64,000 nucleotides of DNA from a phage, in sequence record OZ346212.1, one strand, 5' to 3'. Position 1 is the first letter of the stretch. The number at the start of each line of letters is the position of its first letter. The position numbers and the translations under genes were made by a program. Under the pieces are notes generated by a model that worked only from the letters and a program-made list of their open reading frames with translations, ran no database searches and was not told the DNA's origin. This document shows, piece after piece, positions 36,264 through 46,766 of the stretch.

Positions 36264-37532
36264 TCAGCAACCACAACTTCCGTAGTGCTTAACTCGCTCG
36301 ATAACTTCCGCTTGCTTACCTTTATTGTAAGGACGGGAGTTAGGACTGGAAAGGTATCCAGACACACGTCGAATTACACTGATCGTTCCCTCTTCATGGT
36401 TTCCACACTCTGGGCATACAAAGCCTTTAGCTGTTGCACTGAACTCACCAGAGAAACCACACTTGAGACATTTATCCACAGGTTGGTTAATACCAAAATA
36501 CATAATGTGTTTATACCCGAAGTCAACAAGAGCCTCTAAAGCATCCAGGTTGTTTTTCAGGTTAGGTGTTTCTACGTATCCGATGTTGCCACCAGAGGAT
36601 ATCATAGCAAAACCTTCTTCATACTCCCACTTATCAAAAGGAGAGCTATTGATCCATACTGGCTGATGGAAACTGTTGGTGAGATATTCATGCTCGTGCT
36701 TCAACACTTCAGGATATTCACGATCCAGACAGGTTGCAGCTTTATAGCATAGACTCTCAGAAGGGGTGCCGTACAAACTAAACGCTAGTCTACTTTTCTT
36801 CTTGTATCGCTCACAAGCATCTCTCATGTGCTGAAGTATTCCAAGAGCTAAAGCCTTGTCACCCTCTCTGCCCAAAATCTGACAGGTTTCATACACACCA
36901 ATATACCCAATACTGATGGAAGCGTACCCGTCATAGAAGAGTTTATCAATACTCTCTTCAGGATCCAGGCGAGCAAGAGCGCCTTCACACCACATGATAG
37001 GGTTCTGCCCTGCCTTAGTGCCTTTCAGACGGTTAACCCTTACAAGGTGAGCTTCATATGCCAAATCCAGATACTCGTCAAGAACGGAAAAGAAATCAAC
37101 ACCTTCCGTCTTAGCTTTTGCCGCAATCATTGGCAGGTTAAGACTAACAACACCCAAGTTGAATCTGCCGAGGTATTTCTCCTCACCTGTTTCCAAGTCA
37201 TTGTATTTGCTAAGAAAACTCCGGCAACCCATGCTCGTTACTTTACCATCTGTCGAGCCTGTCACTTTACGATTTAGTGGAACAGAAACAAAGTCAGGAT
37301 AAATCCGCTCTGCAGAGCATTCCAGAGCTAATCGTTTCAAATCATAGTTAGGATCTCCAGGGTTCATGTTGACACCCTCTTCTAGGAAGAACAACACTTT
37401 AGGGAACACAGGTGTGATACGTTCTTCACCAAGACCCATTTTGTGGACTTTCAAGTAGTTTTTGGTAATCATTCTACCAAAGACTGAGGTGTCCAGACCT
37501 AAACTTAATGTGATGAATGGAGTCTGCTGTCT
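36264..37532 (-). CDS. nrdD: anaerobic ribonucleoside-triphosphate reductase, exon 2 (glycyl-radical half)
   Basis: In-frame upstream extension RQQTPFITLSLGLDTS...; MGCRSFL active-site Cys, RRVSGYL glycyl-radical motif, C-terminal CxxC...CxxC. Confidence 0.75.
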   Translation of the reverse strand, partial: RQQTPFITLSLGLDTSVFGRMITKNYLKVHKMGLGEERITPVFPKVLFFLEEGVNMNPGDPNYDLKRLALECSAERIYPDFVSVPLNRKVTGSTDGKVTSMGCRSFLSKYNDLETGEEKYLGRFNLGVVSLNLPMIAAKAKTEGVDFFSVLDEYLDLAYEAHLVRVNRLKGTKAGQNPIMWCEGALARLDPEESIDKLFYDGYASISIGYIGVYETCQILGREGDKALALGILQHMRDACERYKKKSRLAFSLYGTPSESLCYKAATCLDREYPEVLKHEHEYLTNSFHQPVWINSSPFDKWEYEEGFAMISSGGNIGYVETPNLKNNLDALEALVDFGYKHIMYFGINQPVDKCLKCGFSGEFSATAKGFVCPECGNHEEGTISVIRRVSGYLSSPNSRPYNKGKQAEVIERVKHYGSCGC

Positions 37533-38332
37533 CCTCCCTGTGTTTCCACAGGGCCAGACTATCTCTTACTCTACTTCAATAAGATAATAACCCTTTATTG
37601 TGAGATGCTTACCTTCGGCATTTCCTTCGATAGCCCTATGAACGTTACCTACGTTCAAATTTAAGGCTTTTGCACAGGCATAGAGTGAAGGATATTCACC
37701 CACCAAGGTTTTACCTTTGTATGCCTGCACTTTCCTATAGCACTTACCTGGACAAAGTCCTGTTCGGAAAGCATGTCTCTTATTATCTTCCGGCAAAACC
37801 CACTCTAGGTTAGACGGATGATCATTCAATGTATTGCCATCTTTATGATTCACTTCCCAGTTTTCAGGGTCTTCTGGGACATCCGGCAAACAATACAAGG
37901 CAACAATCCTTGAGGTTTGGATTCGAATCTTTTTACCTTTGTGGTTGAAAGAGTACATATAACGGCGTTTAACATGCTTGTTACCTTTTCCATAACCTCC
38001 CCACAATATTGGGTGTAGCATTCCACGTTTTCCGTATACGTTTCCAACCTCATCAATCACATAGTTTGATTCTTCACCATTAAGAATGATCTTTTTCATA
38101 GAGCCTCTCCATTTCGAAGTTAGTATTTCAACTAACCCCTACACTACTTGGTTCAGAAATGTTTGTCAAGCATTTCTGCCTTTCGTTAGTCGTTACAACC
38201 GTTCCAACTCCTGTAAGAACTAGTCACGGGATTGGCATAGCTTTCGCCTTAGCGTTCCCCGTTAGCCGGATTTACCGACCCCTCTTATGAGGTTAGGAGA
38301 GTTTTACAACGGCCAGTTTGTTAACCGTTGAC
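37533..38332 (-). mobile_element. putative group I intron (T4-like core) in nrdD, HNH ORF in 3' region (boundaries approximate)
   Basis: 5' portion contains CUAACGGGGAAC...CAAUCCCGUG, matching the T4 td intron core AAACGGGGAAC...CAAUCCCGUG; exon 1 ends in U, insert ends in G; splice restores INTLTS|RQQTPF. Confidence 0.6.
37566..38099 (-). CDS. HNH homing endonuclease (intron-encoded)
   Basis: WEVNHKDGNTLNDHPSNLEW HNH signature; lies between the two nrdD halves. Confidence 0.8.
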   Translation of the reverse strand: MKKIILNGEESNYVIDEVGNVYGKRGMLHPILWGGYGKGNKHVKRRYMYSFNHKGKKIRIQTSRIVALYCLPDVPEDPENWEVNHKDGNTLNDHPSNLEWVLPEDNKRHAFRTGLCPGKCYRKVQAYKGKTLVGEYPSLYACAKALNLNVGNVHRAIEGNAEGKHLTIKGYYLIEVE

Positions 38333-39184
38333 AGAAGTTAACGTGTTGATTTGATAGAGCAAAGTCTGCATGCTGTCAAATACGTCTTTATCTGTCATTT
38401 GCATTGCAACAGTTTCAGCATCCGGCAACCAATGTTCCTGGCAAAATTTAAGGTTCTTCTCATAGGTTGCTTCAGCATACTGTGCCAGATAATGATCAAT
38501 ATGGCTCATAGTCTGACCACCATATTGAGCACTAGCTACCGCACTAGAGATTTGGCTAAGGATTGTTGTTGCAACCCCTATTGACTTCGGCTTACTGACA
38601 TGGGCGTTACCAATGTTGAATCCGTTTTCCAACATATCTGGATAATTTACCAAACAACAGTTTGTTAACGGACTGATCAAGTAGTCAAGATCATGCACAT
38701 GGATGAATCCTTTATTGTGCTCTTCGGAGACACGGTCTGGCAGGATCTGTGTTGATGCAAGGTGTTTGCTAAGAATACCTGCAAGCAGGTCGCGATGAGT
38801 GTGTACATGATTAGTAGGCTTATTTGCGTTTTCTTTTGTAAATTCATCACAAGTTCGATCCAAGAAGCCACTAATATCTGCAAGCAGTTTTCCACCTGCC
38901 TCTCTGTTATTATCTCTTGTCTGTCTATACTGGATGTATTCTCTGGCTGCACATTTTAAACCCATATCCATAAGAGCATCTTCAACAAGGATATGGATAT
39001 TTTTTACAGAGATCGTGCACTGGTCGGTTGGTAGATTGTTAGCAACAACTTCATTAACCGCGCAGGCGATCCGGTAAGCTTCTTCTTCAGTATGTCCAGA
39101 CTCAAGTAAGGCGGACTCTGCCGCCTTGATCACCTTAATTCCGTTATAGAACTCTTCTCTACCGTCCCGTTTTACAACTTTCAC
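38333..39184 (-). CDS. nrdD: anaerobic ribonucleoside-triphosphate reductase, exon 1 (ATP-cone and N-terminal half)
   Basis: MKVVKRDGREEFYNGIKV ATP-cone start; ends ...LYQINTLTS just before the intron. Confidence 0.75.
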
Positions 39185-39459
39185 TTTTTCTCTCCAAAAC
39201 CATTCTTAACAAAAGAGATGAAATCGTCGGCACCGCCTATATGGACACTGTCAAGATCGCTTTCTAAGAAGATCTGCGGCAACGTTCTGGGGACAATTGG
39301 ACTGCACTTCTCAATAAGCTCTTCTTTTGTGTAGCCCTCGCCAAGTGTCTTATATACAAAAGGCAGACCTTTGCTGATTGCAAATTCTTTTGCTCTGACA
39401 CAATGTGGGCAGTTATCATTACCGTAAATGATGATGAAAAAAGATTTTTCGCAGCTCAT
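39181..39459 (-). CDS. glutaredoxin/NrdH-like redoxin
   Basis: CPHC active site in IIIYGNDNCPHCVRAKEF. Confidence 0.7.
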   Translation of the reverse strand: MSCEKSFFIIIYGNDNCPHCVRAKEFAISKGLPFVYKTLGEGYTKEELIEKCSPIVPRTLPQIFLESDLDSVHIGGADDFISFVKNGFGEKK

Positions 39460-39462
39460 ATA

Positions 39463-40551
39463 TTAAAACTCCCAAATTTCTTCTTCAGCGTCGTTAACAG
39501 TTGTGTTGACGCGGTAGTCAGTGTTCGACATTTCTTGGTTCGCCGTCTGTTGTAATGAAGGTTTCATCCACACCTGCATAAACGGTAGCGGGTCCTTTGT
39601 TGGCGGCACAAAGTCTTTGTCGATGTCGTAGTAATCATAAATCGGTGAGCAGTTATAGTCAACCCACTCTTTAAGCAACGGTGAGTTAAGACCTATAATC
39701 GCTCTTCCTTCGCTGAAAATATAGTCACTCCAACCGTACTCTTTGGTTCGTACTTCATCAAGAATCTCTTTTAACTCCCCCTTTATCTCAAGGAAGCTTT
39801 TCTCCCATGCGGGATCATTAAGCAAGATATCAATGATGGCAAAATCACCTTTCGAATGTAGCATTTCGTCAAGCATGATTTTTTGAACAAGCTGCGCCAC
39901 CTGAACAAAGATACCCTGTTCAGCTACTGCGAAAGTGCATGCAAAACTTGCAATAAACTCAATACTTTCCAGAGCTAAAAGTGCAAAAAGCGCTCTAAGA
40001 ATGCATTTCCGCACAACATCTTCTTCAACACTAGAAGGATCCAGTCGGTATTTTGCACCAATAACCTCAAGCTCTTGCATGTATTTGACAATAACGCCAG
40101 ATCTGCTCAGAACGTTTTGGTTTTCCTGAATCTCTTCTATAATCTCACGGGCATTGGGGAGGCATTGTCTAACAATCTCTGAGTAAGTTAGTGCGTGAAG
40201 AACTTCAATCTCTGACTGTTTCATCAATAGAGTGAAAAGCTCACTATTAGTGATGAATGGTGAAAAGAGGCAGATGATCGATCTTGCCGCAACGCTATCA
40301 GCCTCCCATTGCCACATCAAGGTCTGCACCATCACGTCATAAGTTGACTTTGAGCATGTTACAAAATCTGAAATAGATTGCGACAAATCCACTTCATCCT
40401 CTGCCCAATCTTGCTCTTTTTGTTTTTTGTATAGTTCAAACAGTTGTGGATATTTTTTGTTGATAGAGTCGTACATACCCATTTGCTGTCCCAGAAACAG
40501 CGGATAGTCACCAGTTTTATGAGCGGTGTTCTCAGCATTAAATACAGCCAT
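39463..40551 (-). CDS. nrdB: ribonucleotide reductase class Ia small subunit
   Basis: Internal Met after GAGGTAGAA SD; ferritin-like di-iron protein adjacent to nrdA; track ORF extends to 40611. Confidence 0.8.
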   Translation of the reverse strand: MAVFNAENTAHKTGDYPLFLGQQMGMYDSINKKYPQLFELYKKQKEQDWAEDEVDLSQSISDFVTCSKSTYDVMVQTLMWQWEADSVAARSIICLFSPFITNSELFTLLMKQSEIEVLHALTYSEIVRQCLPNAREIIEEIQENQNVLSRSGVIVKYMQELEVIGAKYRLDPSSVEEDVVRKCILRALFALLALESIEFIASFACTFAVAEQGIFVQVAQLVQKIMLDEMLHSKGDFAIIDILLNDPAWEKSFLEIKGELKEILDEVRTKEYGWSDYIFSEGRAIIGLNSPLLKEWVDYNCSPIYDYYDIDKDFVPPTKDPLPFMQVWMKPSLQQTANQEMSNTDYRVNTTVNDAEEEIWEF

Positions 40552-40589
40552 TATTCTACCTCTAAAATGGGGCCGAAGCCCCTTTAAAA

Positions 40590-42905
40590 TTATAGTGCAC
40601 AGCTTTCGCAATACGGATCTTCAACTGAACTATCTGCAATCAAAGGATAGTTCTTTCTGGTTTCATCTTCAGCCTGTTTCTTGGCATGGAGTTCCTCTGC
40701 CAAGGAGTCACCAGCACCAACCCTAGAGTTTAAATAATACCATGTCTTCATCCCGAATTTAGTGGCACGGATAAGGTACCCTAGCTGCTCCTTCATTGAA
40801 ATTTTACCATCTTTCAACTTGGTGTAGTCTATGTATAAATCCGCGCTGATTGCCTGACCTGTGAATTTTTGAATCACAGCATACATATCGATCATGTCGT
40901 TAGTATCAACGTCCCAAGCCGAAGTGTAATACTCTTTCAACTCATCGTATTCAGGAACGATAAACAGCACCTGCCCTTGTGGCGACTTTTTAAAGATAAT
41001 GTGCTCACGGACAGGATAAACCCCGTTAGTGGTGTTTGTTGCCAGCGAAGAGCTTTCATTAGGCATATATGCTTCAAGAACGCTATTACGTAGCCCACCA
41101 TTTTCAATGATTTCTTTACGTAACCCTTCCCAATCCTGTTTAAGAGAAGGATCTTTCACCACACTATCGACCTCTTTGTTATAAGTGTCGATTGGTAACC
41201 AACCTTCTGGATATTTTGTTTTATACATCCACTCGCAGACACCACGCTCTTTTGCCAACCGTAAACTTGCCTTATGCAAGCTGTAGCTGTGAAGTTCTGC
41301 AAGATCGTGAACAAGCTGTTTACTTTCAGGAGATCCGTAAGTAACCTTGTGGCTGGCAATAAAATGTGCAACATTGGTAAGGCCAACCCCGATGGATCTG
41401 CGTTTTTTAACAGTACTCTCCATGTTTTCATACGGATATGCCATGATTTCCATAACATTGTCAATCATAAGCACCGTGTAGTATGCAACATCCTCATACT
41501 CCTCTGGGGTAACCCTTCCAGCTACAAGAGATGACAGGAAGCACAATGCAACCTCACCATCATCAACATCGTACTTGAAGATATTACGCATATCTGAATA
41601 GCCTTTTGTCGGGAGGGCTATTTCTGCACACAGGTTGCTTGAATAGATCACATCTTTAAAAGGTGTATGTCTATTCATCTCATCTGTCCAGTATACGTAC
41701 AGCCTTCCCACCTCAGTACGCTGCGTGATCAGCTCAACAGCAAGATCTCTAGCCCGGATCCATGTCTTAGGAATACTGTCATCTTTAGCAATACGCTCAA
41801 CCTCTGCATCGAACTCCTCCATAGACATGGTGAAGATACCCTCATACAGTTGAGGAGCGTGCTTATAAGAAACAAGCATCCAATCTAAATTCTTAGCCAC
41901 ACGGTTGATAAACGACCTATTAATACCGATGGAGTAGTCCATGGTGTTGATTCTTTTTGAAGCAACAGTCATAGGGTTTCTCAAACGGATTAGCTCATCA
42001 ATCTGCGGGTCCAGTGCAAGGAATGATACTGTTGCAGAACCGCCACGTGATTGTTGTCTGTTCTCCTTAACACCAGCATCAATACCTCGATAATATGGAA
42101 TCTTACCCATGTGTTTAATAGTGTTACCGCGAACACCATCACCTGCAGATCTTGATGATAAATAGTAGCCGATACCTGCTTGGTTAACCGTCATTGTGTA
42201 CGCAACTTCACGTGCCACACCAATAGATTTTGCTGTATCGTCAGCTTTTATTACACAACAAGATGCATACCCTGTCTTACCTGTGCGCAGCCCGTTTAAG
42301 TACGGTGTCGGGGCATTGATCTTTAAGTCGGACAGATAAGTGTATAATTTTACAACATCGTTGATACGACGTTCTTTCGGCATATTCTTCATGACAGCCA
42401 TTGCTATCCCCATAAACATCATCTGGGGAGATTCAAACAAGGTGTCTTTAAGAGTATCCTTGATCCCGTATTTGTCGCGAAACTGTTTAAGGACTGCATA
42501 GCCATAGCCGAGATCTTTACTGTGGTCAATAACAGCGTCTAAAGTGTTTAGCTCGGTAAAGCTATATCCCATATCCTCCCAATACCCTTTCTCAACCATG
42601 TCGTTGTAAAATGATGGTAAGGAAGGGATCTTTGTAAACCCTCCAAAAGCCTCTTTATAAATCTGACCAATAAGAACACGACCAGCCATACGGGAATGTG
42701 CTTCGTCTTTACGGCTAACACAGGAGTCTATGATAGCTTGGTTAACTTCTTTGGTTGTACATCCATCATACAGTCGTTTGTATGCATCCAGTGCAATATG
42801 TGACCAATTGCCGTTACCGTCGTCACCGAAAATAGCTGCCTTATTTAAACGTTCTGGATCGAATGCCACTTCACATCCGTTGCTTTTAATTACCTTGGTG
42901 ATCAA
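40590..42905 (-). CDS. nrdA: ribonucleotide reductase class Ia large subunit
   Basis: 771 aa; N-terminal ATP-cone, catalytic SSNLCAEIALPT motif. Confidence 0.9.
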   Translation of the reverse strand: MITKVIKSNGCEVAFDPERLNKAAIFGDDGNGNWSHIALDAYKRLYDGCTTKEVNQAIIDSCVSRKDEAHSRMAGRVLIGQIYKEAFGGFTKIPSLPSFYNDMVEKGYWEDMGYSFTELNTLDAVIDHSKDLGYGYAVLKQFRDKYGIKDTLKDTLFESPQMMFMGIAMAVMKNMPKERRINDVVKLYTYLSDLKINAPTPYLNGLRTGKTGYASCCVIKADDTAKSIGVAREVAYTMTVNQAGIGYYLSSRSAGDGVRGNTIKHMGKIPYYRGIDAGVKENRQQSRGGSATVSFLALDPQIDELIRLRNPMTVASKRINTMDYSIGINRSFINRVAKNLDWMLVSYKHAPQLYEGIFTMSMEEFDAEVERIAKDDSIPKTWIRARDLAVELITQRTEVGRLYVYWTDEMNRHTPFKDVIYSSNLCAEIALPTKGYSDMRNIFKYDVDDGEVALCFLSSLVAGRVTPEEYEDVAYYTVLMIDNVMEIMAYPYENMESTVKKRRSIGVGLTNVAHFIASHKVTYGSPESKQLVHDLAELHSYSLHKASLRLAKERGVCEWMYKTKYPEGWLPIDTYNKEVDSVVKDPSLKQDWEGLRKEIIENGGLRNSVLEAYMPNESSSLATNTTNGVYPVREHIIFKKSPQGQVLFIVPEYDELKEYYTSAWDVDTNDMIDMYAVIQKFTGQAISADLYIDYTKLKDGKISMKEQLGYLIRATKFGMKTWYYLNSRVGAGDSLAEELHAKKQAEDETRKNYPLIADSSVEDPYCESCAL

Positions 42906-43132
42906 TTTGCTTCCTCCACTTCATCAACGTATTTATCAAGGCAGGTATCAGTATCTTGCTGGATAAAGGTATCCTCTTCTACAGAGATATTTATAATTTT
43001 GCCTGTATACTCGTCATAATAAACATCATCATACATTTTAATATCGTTTGTCAGGCCGTTGAACCAAAGCCAACCAACATACTCTGACCGACTTGCAAAA
43101 CCAAGATCCTTCCACTTGGAGTTATGACTCAT
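42902..43132 (-). CDS. hypothetical protein
   Basis: Internal Met (MSHNSKWKD) after GGTGGTGAAG; track ORF extends to 43210. Confidence 0.45.
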   Translation of the reverse strand: MSHNSKWKDLGFASRSEYVGWLWFNGLTNDIKMYDDVYYDEYTGKIINISVEEDTFIQQDTDTCLDKYVDEVEEAN

Positions 43133-43142
43133 CTTCACCACC

Positions 43143-43643
43143 TTAGCTTTCAATACCGAATAATTTTTCCAGGCGATGCAGATCTTCAAAATTGAAAGGT
43201 TCATCAACAATATGAATATCTTCAGCCTTTTCAGATTGTTTTGTATACTTTCTTACATTAACACGATCCTCTACAGGAATATCATACGGAAGATCTTGAA
43301 CAAGCATTGCCTCACCAGGTGCTTTATCCACATCTAAAATATCTACACCGTTATACATTTGCGGGTATCTAAAGTCTGCACGCATGACACCAGCAAATAC
43401 ATCTGCCTTTCGATAATGTGTTGGCTTATTTTTGCATCGAACGTTTTTTCCACGAAGAACATCAATACTTTTTAAATCAAACCCTACGGCAAAGAGTGCA
43501 GCTCGGAGACCGTTTCGTGTGCGAACGTTAAACCCGGGAACGGTAGATAGGAAATCCAAAGTAACTGAAATAAATGTCTTTTTAGGAATCATAACATTAC
43601 TCATATCTGTCTCCATTTCTGGCTCACCAACAAAGTGAGCCAT
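43143..43643 (-). CDS. hypothetical protein (166 aa)
   Basis: Track ORF between thyX and nrdA; no confident motif. Confidence 0.5.
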   Translation of the reverse strand: MAHFVGEPEMETDMSNVMIPKKTFISVTLDFLSTVPGFNVRTRNGLRAALFAVGFDLKSIDVLRGKNVRCKNKPTHYRKADVFAGVMRADFRYPQMYNGVDILDVDKAPGEAMLVQDLPYDIPVEDRVNVRKYTKQSEKAEDIHIVDEPFNFEDLHRLEKLFGIES

Positions 43644-43702
43644 TATTATAGATTATCTAATACTATTAGTCAACACAAAAGTTACCTATCGCTGTGATAG
43701 GA

Positions 43703-44686
43703 TTAACCTTTCACGAAGTGGTTATTAAGCAGTTGTCTGTGCTGAACCCACCCACAAAAGTTGGCAGACCAGAATTTACCATCACGGTCTTGATGGGTTA
43801 CACCTTCCTGCCAAGTACTGATGTCTTGTGTGATTTCACATGAAGACAGGTAGTAGTTTAAACGTTCCATTGCGTTATCGTGATCCATAGGTGTTGCCTG
43901 GTGCTCGTAAGGGCTTGCATGAATACGATCCCCACCAATCAATTTTTTAGCCACACTGTCTGCCTTTTCAAACGTGCTGTCAATATTTCGATAAGATACT
44001 TGTGCACAGCAACTAGCACTGATAGACAGAGCTTCTTTAGTATCGAGAATGCAGAGCTTTCCTTCTGTGTCACGTACAGCGTAGTTAAACTCCCCGTCCA
44101 AATAAACGTGCTCTACATATGGAGTGTGCCATTGACCCGGTTTAAGGATTTCAGGAGTGCTATTCACAAGAGCCTCCCACATACAATTAGCTAACATCTG
44201 AATCGTAGGATCCGCATCGTGCCAGCAACGGAGGTGGAAAAAATTATTCCACTCGGTGCTTGTTACAACTGTTTTCATGCGCTGAAAAGGCTCCACTAAG
44301 CGGTTACATACTTGCTTATGGTAACCAGCAAGGGCAAACTTCTCTGCATGCCAAGCGGCGTTTTTTGCAGCTTCTTTCCAAAACTCTTCCGGAGTTAGCT
44401 CCATATCAGTGTACTCTACACGGATCTTTTGATCGTGTTCCCCACCATCTTCCATTCCTCGCTTATTTACACCGAAGCGAACTGGCATTGCCGGATTCTC
44501 CACAATCTGTTGCAGCATCTTTCCGACAGGCACTGCACGGGAAGACATGGCGTTTCGGCTGAACACTCGGTGCGTCATAAGCTCTGAGTGAATAATTCGA
44601 GGATACTCTAGCTCAAAAGTGGTGATGCGCTTACCTTTCTCGGAAATGCTGTCAGCAATGATCTTTGCAGTGCACAGTTTTAGCAT
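43703..44686 (-). CDS. thyX: flavin-dependent thymidylate synthase
   Basis: ThyX signature region MTHRVFSRNAMSSRAVP (HR...S...SxR). Confidence 0.7.
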   Translation of the reverse strand: MLKLCTAKIIADSISEKGKRITTFELEYPRIIHSELMTHRVFSRNAMSSRAVPVGKMLQQIVENPAMPVRFGVNKRGMEDGGEHDQKIRVEYTDMELTPEEFWKEAAKNAAWHAEKFALAGYHKQVCNRLVEPFQRMKTVVTSTEWNNFFHLRCWHDADPTIQMLANCMWEALVNSTPEILKPGQWHTPYVEHVYLDGEFNYAVRDTEGKLCILDTKEALSISASCCAQVSYRNIDSTFEKADSVAKKLIGGDRIHASPYEHQATPMDHDNAMERLNYYLSSCEITQDISTWQEGVTHQDRDGKFWSANFCGWVQHRQLLNNHFVKG

Positions 44687-44886
44687 TATTTAGCTCTCCT
44701 TGTTTTAATTTTGGAAATTTCGTCTGGGTTTATGTTGGCCTTAAATGCAAGGTATCTGTTGAACATATCGGAGCACATGTCTTGGGTGATCCTGGAGGCA
44801 TACACCAGCTTACCTCCCAGATCATACACCTCTAGCCAGTCACCGTATCTGACTACAGGATCGCCACCTTTAGAACATCTGCCCAT
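44686..44886 (-). CDS. hypothetical protein (66 aa)
   Basis: Track ORF; ATGA overlap. Confidence 0.45.
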   Translation of the reverse strand: MGRCSKGGDPVVRYGDWLEVYDLGGKLVYASRITQDMCSDMFNRYLAFKANINPDEISKIKTRRAK

Positions 44887-44887
44887 T

Positions 44888-45481
44888 TCAAATACCTTCT
44901 AAAAACTTTCCTATTTTATACCAGCTATTAGCGGTATAGTCAACACTGACCTTTAACTCCTCAAATTGCTCATAAGGCGTATCTTTTAGGATTTTAATAA
45001 CTTCAGGGCGTGAAGCGAATTGGTTCAGGTATTCATGCCTGTCGTCAATTATAACATCTACAGCCACATTTCCCTTGAAATGCGTGGCGTAGAAGCCGTG
45101 ACCCTGGGTGTGATCGTCCAGATCCATAAAATCACTAGTCCAACGCTTTAAGAACCTTGATTTAGATGCAAGGTGACCTTTCTTGCATACCGAGATAAAT
45201 GCAAGCTTGTGACCACGAGCCACCAAATCTTTCATAACCTCAATAGCCCCCTCTTCAGGCTTAAGAAAGTCGTAGAGGAACGGGTCACTCCAGAAATCAA
45301 AAGGCCCTATGATGTTTTCTTTGGGGCGATCAGGCCAATACTTTGACAGATCGTAATACATTAACCCATTAGAAGGTTTAGTGACTGTCTTACTGGCTGG
45401 ACCATATAAACGCTCCAACCACTCCCACCATGCTGTTCCTGAATCTACCAGTGTCAAATCTACATCAATACCGATTAACAT
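44888..45481 (-). CDS. HAD-superfamily phosphatase (possible 5'-nucleotidase)
   Basis: N-terminal DxDxT motif in MLIGIDVDLTLVD. Confidence 0.45.
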   Translation of the reverse strand: MLIGIDVDLTLVDSGTAWWEWLERLYGPASKTVTKPSNGLMYYDLSKYWPDRPKENIIGPFDFWSDPFLYDFLKPEEGAIEVMKDLVARGHKLAFISVCKKGHLASKSRFLKRWTSDFMDLDDHTQGHGFYATHFKGNVAVDVIIDDRHEYLNQFASRPEVIKILKDTPYEQFEELKVSVDYTANSWYKIGKFLEGI

Positions 45482-46092
45482 TCTTCTTGGGCCTCTTTAG
45501 CATCAATATACTTGCACACAATCTCCGATGCACATTCCCAAGGTGCACCTTCAGGGTTTACAACATCGAACTCAATTCCTTTTATTCCGTTCTTTTCCAG
45601 ACTTAGATAGGTTCTGGAATCATTTCCCCAGTCATATCCGACACGGTGAATACGGAACAACAACAGATCTCCACCTGTGCTGTACGCGTACTCGCTAAGG
45701 CATGCCAGCTCCTCTTTGAATCCACCATCGGAGTAAACAACAACCCCTTTACCTTTAGGGAAATCTTTCTTCAAAGATGCGACTGCGGCTTTACCGAAAG
45801 CATCTTCACCAAAGATAGGTTTAATCAGATTTTCACTACAATGGATCATCCATTCTCGCGGAGAAACATGCTTGCCGTCTATCATTAAGAAAGGGCAAGG
45901 CTCTTCTTTGTAGTGGCGGTCATAAAGTGCATTCCAGAGTTGAGGAGTTACACCAGCTGCCTTAATTGCCACACTGAAGAGCATCTCCTTAACCTCACGG
46001 TGGTGTGAGTTAGGAATAGCTTCCAACAAGAGATCTGCAATGTGATCCTTACCACTGCTGGGTGGGGCGTTAAGAACAATAATATCCATCAA
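45475..46092 (-). CDS. putative deoxynucleoside monophosphate kinase
   Basis: P-loop-like NAPPSSGKDH resembles T4 gp1 SGVKRSGKDT; nucleotide-metabolism context. Confidence 0.4.
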   Translation of the reverse strand: MMDIIVLNAPPSSGKDHIADLLLEAIPNSHHREVKEMLFSVAIKAAGVTPQLWNALYDRHYKEEPCPFLMIDGKHVSPREWMIHCSENLIKPIFGEDAFGKAAVASLKKDFPKGKGVVVYSDGGFKEELACLSEYAYSTGGDLLLFRIHRVGYDWGNDSRTYLSLEKNGIKGIEFDVVNPEGAPWECASEIVCKYIDAKEAQEEC

Positions 46093-46292
46093 AAACCTCC
46101 GTGGTATTCTTCAACTGCATCAATAATACTTTTACACTTATCTACCAGCTCGTTAGCCACTACAGCATCGTCTTCCCAAACAGCTTCCTCGATCTGATCA
46201 AGCAATGATCGCATCTTACCCATCATTTCTGGGATAAAGTCTTCTGAAAAGCTGTCTGGAATTGTTAACTTTAGTGTCATTGCGTTCTCCAA
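46089..46292 (-). CDS. hypothetical protein (67 aa)
   Basis: Track ORF. Confidence 0.45.
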   Translation of the reverse strand: MENAMTLKLTIPDSFSEDFIPEMMGKMRSLLDQIEEAVWEDDAVVANELVDKCKSIIDAVEEYHGGF

Positions 46293-46307
46293 TCATACTA
46301 TGCGTTA

Positions 46308-46766
46308 TTAGAAGTTTGTTTTTACACGTCCCTTTTCATCAACCTCGTTGTTGGCTAGAAGCGTTACAAAGTCTGTGAAACGGACATGAAGAACTCTTTT
46401 CTTATCAAGGTATCCTAAAGCCACCCCTGAGAAATTTAGCATCAAAGGGGCTAAAGAAGCTCTGGCACTGAAATGCTGTTGTTCTACCCTTCCAACACCC
46501 TTAGTGTAGGATGGGTTAAGATTGTAAGTTCTGAATCCCAGTTTTGTTGGAGCTTTAGAATTAAAAACAACTTTATAGCGTTTCTTACTCAACTTATGCT
46601 CCAGGATAAGCATTCCCTTATCACCCTTGATAAGTTGAAAATCTGTAAAGTGCTCTTTTAATACGAAAGGTAGTGCCAGTCCCATCGCCTGCCCCCTTTG
46701 TACCGCTGTCTCACCAAAAGCTTTTGCATCAGTAAGTTCTTTGGTCAAGTCTATGCTTTTGATCAT
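46308..46766 (-). CDS. hypothetical protein (152 aa)
   Basis: Track ORF. Confidence 0.5.
   Translation of the reverse strand: MIKSIDLTKELTDAKAFGETAVQRGQAMGLALPFVLKEHFTDFQLIKGDKGMLILEHKLSKKRYKVVFNSKAPTKLGFRTYNLNPSYTKGVGRVEQQHFSARASLAPLMLNFSGVALGYLDKKRVLHVRFTDFVTLLANNEVDEKGRVKTNF

Noticed and set aside
43143-43643. dUTPase annotation for the 166-aa protein between thyX and nrdA
   Set aside because: A VGFDL segment resembles dUTPase motif 1, but the other four conserved dUTPase motifs are not visible. Left as hypothetical.
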